From Eledone cirrhosa (lineage: Eukaryota), in the NCBI GenBank assembly GCA_964016885.1, contig OZ024746.1:95604001-95668000 (forward strand): 64,000 nucleotides of DNA, given 5' to 3'. Position 1 is the first letter of the stretch, and each line of letters opens with the position of its first letter. The notes under the pieces are model-generated. The model did no database searches, was not told where the DNA came from, and saw nothing but the letters and a program-made list of their open reading frames with translations. This document shows positions 62,181-64,000 of the stretch, piece by piece. The translations under genes were made by a program, and so were the position numbers.

Positions 62181-62230
62181 GAACTGCAGACACTAATGTT
62201 TCTGGGTATCACCCTTCATCAGTACAGCTC
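62181..62230 (-). ncRNA. Type I hammerhead ribozyme with canonical GUC cleavage triplet
   Basis: gagctgta-CTGATGA-[agggtgataccca]-GAAACA-ttag-TGTC-tgcagttc; 8-bp stem I and a closed stem III. Confidence 0.85.
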
Positions 62231-63607
62231 ACTGTTCACCTGCCAAACTGTCAGAGCTAGTGAAAATATGTTTTTTTCAAAAATACAGTGACTGATCGGC
62301 CTGATTTGCATATTAGCAGACTGGCTGATCAGTCAGATCTGCATATTAGCAGATCCACTGATCAATATATGATAGAACTTTTCAGTTTTACTGAGCACAT
62401 AACAACCTGTGTCATGGTGGCATCAAGTTAAAATGCACCCAGTATACACTGTAAAGTAGCTGGTTATTAAACAATGGCAATATAAGATAAATGAAGGCAC
62501 ATTGCTTAGTGGTTAGTGCATTGGGCTTGCAATCAAAAGGTTGTGAATTCAATTCTCGGACCGGGTGATGTGTTGTTTCCTTGAGCAAGACATTTTATTT
62601 CATGTTGCTCCAGTTTACTCAGCTGTAGAAGTGAGATGATAGGACTGGGGTCCCTATCATTCAATCACCCAAGACACCTCCATAGAGATATAACTTGGAG
62701 GAGGCCAGCTAAACCTGCATAGGTGTGAGCTGTCACACACACAATATAAGATAGAGAGAACCCTTAGGTCTTACTGAGCACGTGACAACCTGTCTCATGT
62801 TTGTGTCATGTTAAAATGCACCCAGTACACTCTGTAAAGTAACTGGTTATTAATCCTTTAGCATTTAAACTGGTCAGAATTCTCTCACCTTTTTCTGTTC
62901 AAACCAGTCATAAGTAGCCACTAATACTGATGTTAAGGTATTGTTCTCAAAATAAATAATATCAAAATGTCATACAAAAAATTGGAATATACAGCAAACC
63001 CCCTACCCCACAAAACTTTACATATCAAAGTTAGCTTGGTGCAAGTAATTGGAATTGAAAAGTTATACATACAGGTATTAAATTCAAACATTCTAACCAT
63101 CCTACAACTAAAAAGCCCAGCTGAGGGCATAAATAAATTGATATGGCTGTCATTGGTAGGGCTCCCATTGCAGGGGGCCTGGGGCAATTGCCTCCTTTGC
63201 CCTCCCTCCATGAATCCAGCCATGTTCACTGCCCCTAGACAGGTACTTTATTTATTGACCCAGAAAAAATGAAAGGCATGTTTGGATACAGTCAATTTCT
63301 CCCAGAGAGAAAGAGGGAAGAAGACAGAGAGAAAGACAAAATTGATATGACAAATTGACCGTAGTACCGGAGGACTGGGGATTTATTTGTCAATCCTGAC
63401 CTGAAGGGATGAAGAATAAAGTTGACCTTGGTGGAATGTGAACTTAGAGAACAGAGAGTCAGGACAAACACCACAGAGCATTATTATGCCCTAGCTACTG
63501 TGCCAATCTGTCATATAAGGAAGATCAAATAGAGTAGTGTCTCTTCTCAAAGACTCAACTGCAATAATTGTCACAAAATCTGATCCACTAAAGTATGATG
63601 AGCAAGC

Positions 63608-64000
63608 AGATCAACTTAGACTCCTTCGTCAAATCAGATTAACTTAGACTCCTTGGTCAAATCAGATTAACTTAGGCTCCTTGGTCAAATCAGATTAACT
63701 TAGACTCCTTCGTCAAATCAGATTAACTTAGACTCCTTGGGCAAATCAGATTAACTTAGACTTCTTGGTCAAATCAGATTAACTTAGGCTCCTTGGTCAA
63801 ATCAGATTAACTTAGGCTCCTTGGTCAAATCAGATTAACTTAGGCTCCTTGGTCAAATCAGATTAACTTAGACTCCTTGGTCAAATCAGATTAACTTAGG
63901 CTCCTTGGTCAAATCAGATTAACTTAGACTCCTTCGTCAAATCAGATTAACTTAGACTCCTTGGGCAAATCAGATTAACTTAGACTTCTTGGTCAAATCA
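63608..64000. repeat. 28-bp tandem repeat running off the window end
   Basis: Unit TCAAATCAGATTAACTTAG(A/G)CTCCTT(G/C)G. Confidence 0.92.

Noticed and set aside
56000-64000. Upstream exons of the SPMAP1-like gene
   Set aside because: No minus-strand segment encoding the expected upstream motifs was found by eye; they presumably lie beyond the window.

Overview
AT-rich, repeat-dense animal genomic DNA with spliceosomal introns. The SINE, MITE and microsatellite landscape suggests an octopus-like cephalopod (inference). I could reconstruct two host protein-coding loci by hand. (1) A complete pirin-family gene on + with 8 coding exons (30508-45744, 313 aa, all introns GT-AG, phases consistent) whose sequence looks more like bacterial pirins than vertebrate PIR. 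(2) The last coding exon of an SPMAP1/C17orf98-like gene on - (55786-55931). The rest is mostly mobile DNA: a decayed Gypsy element, a near-intact 5'-truncated CRE-clade retrotransposon nested in a MITE and itself hit by a solo LTR, RTE and Tx1 LINE fragments, two tRNA-derived SINE families, piggyBac-, hAT- and Tc1-type MITEs, a Helitron remnant and many minisatellites. The most striking unannotated layer is a set of about 9 well-formed (plus several decayed) type I hammerhead ribozymes from several Penelope-like families. These occur with about 10 fold-back palindromes embedded in (TA)n tracts, and one sense-oriented hammerhead lies about 370 nt downstream of the SPMAP1-like stop codon. Almost all ORFs in the supplied track are spurious. 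All family assignments come from motif recognition, not database searches.
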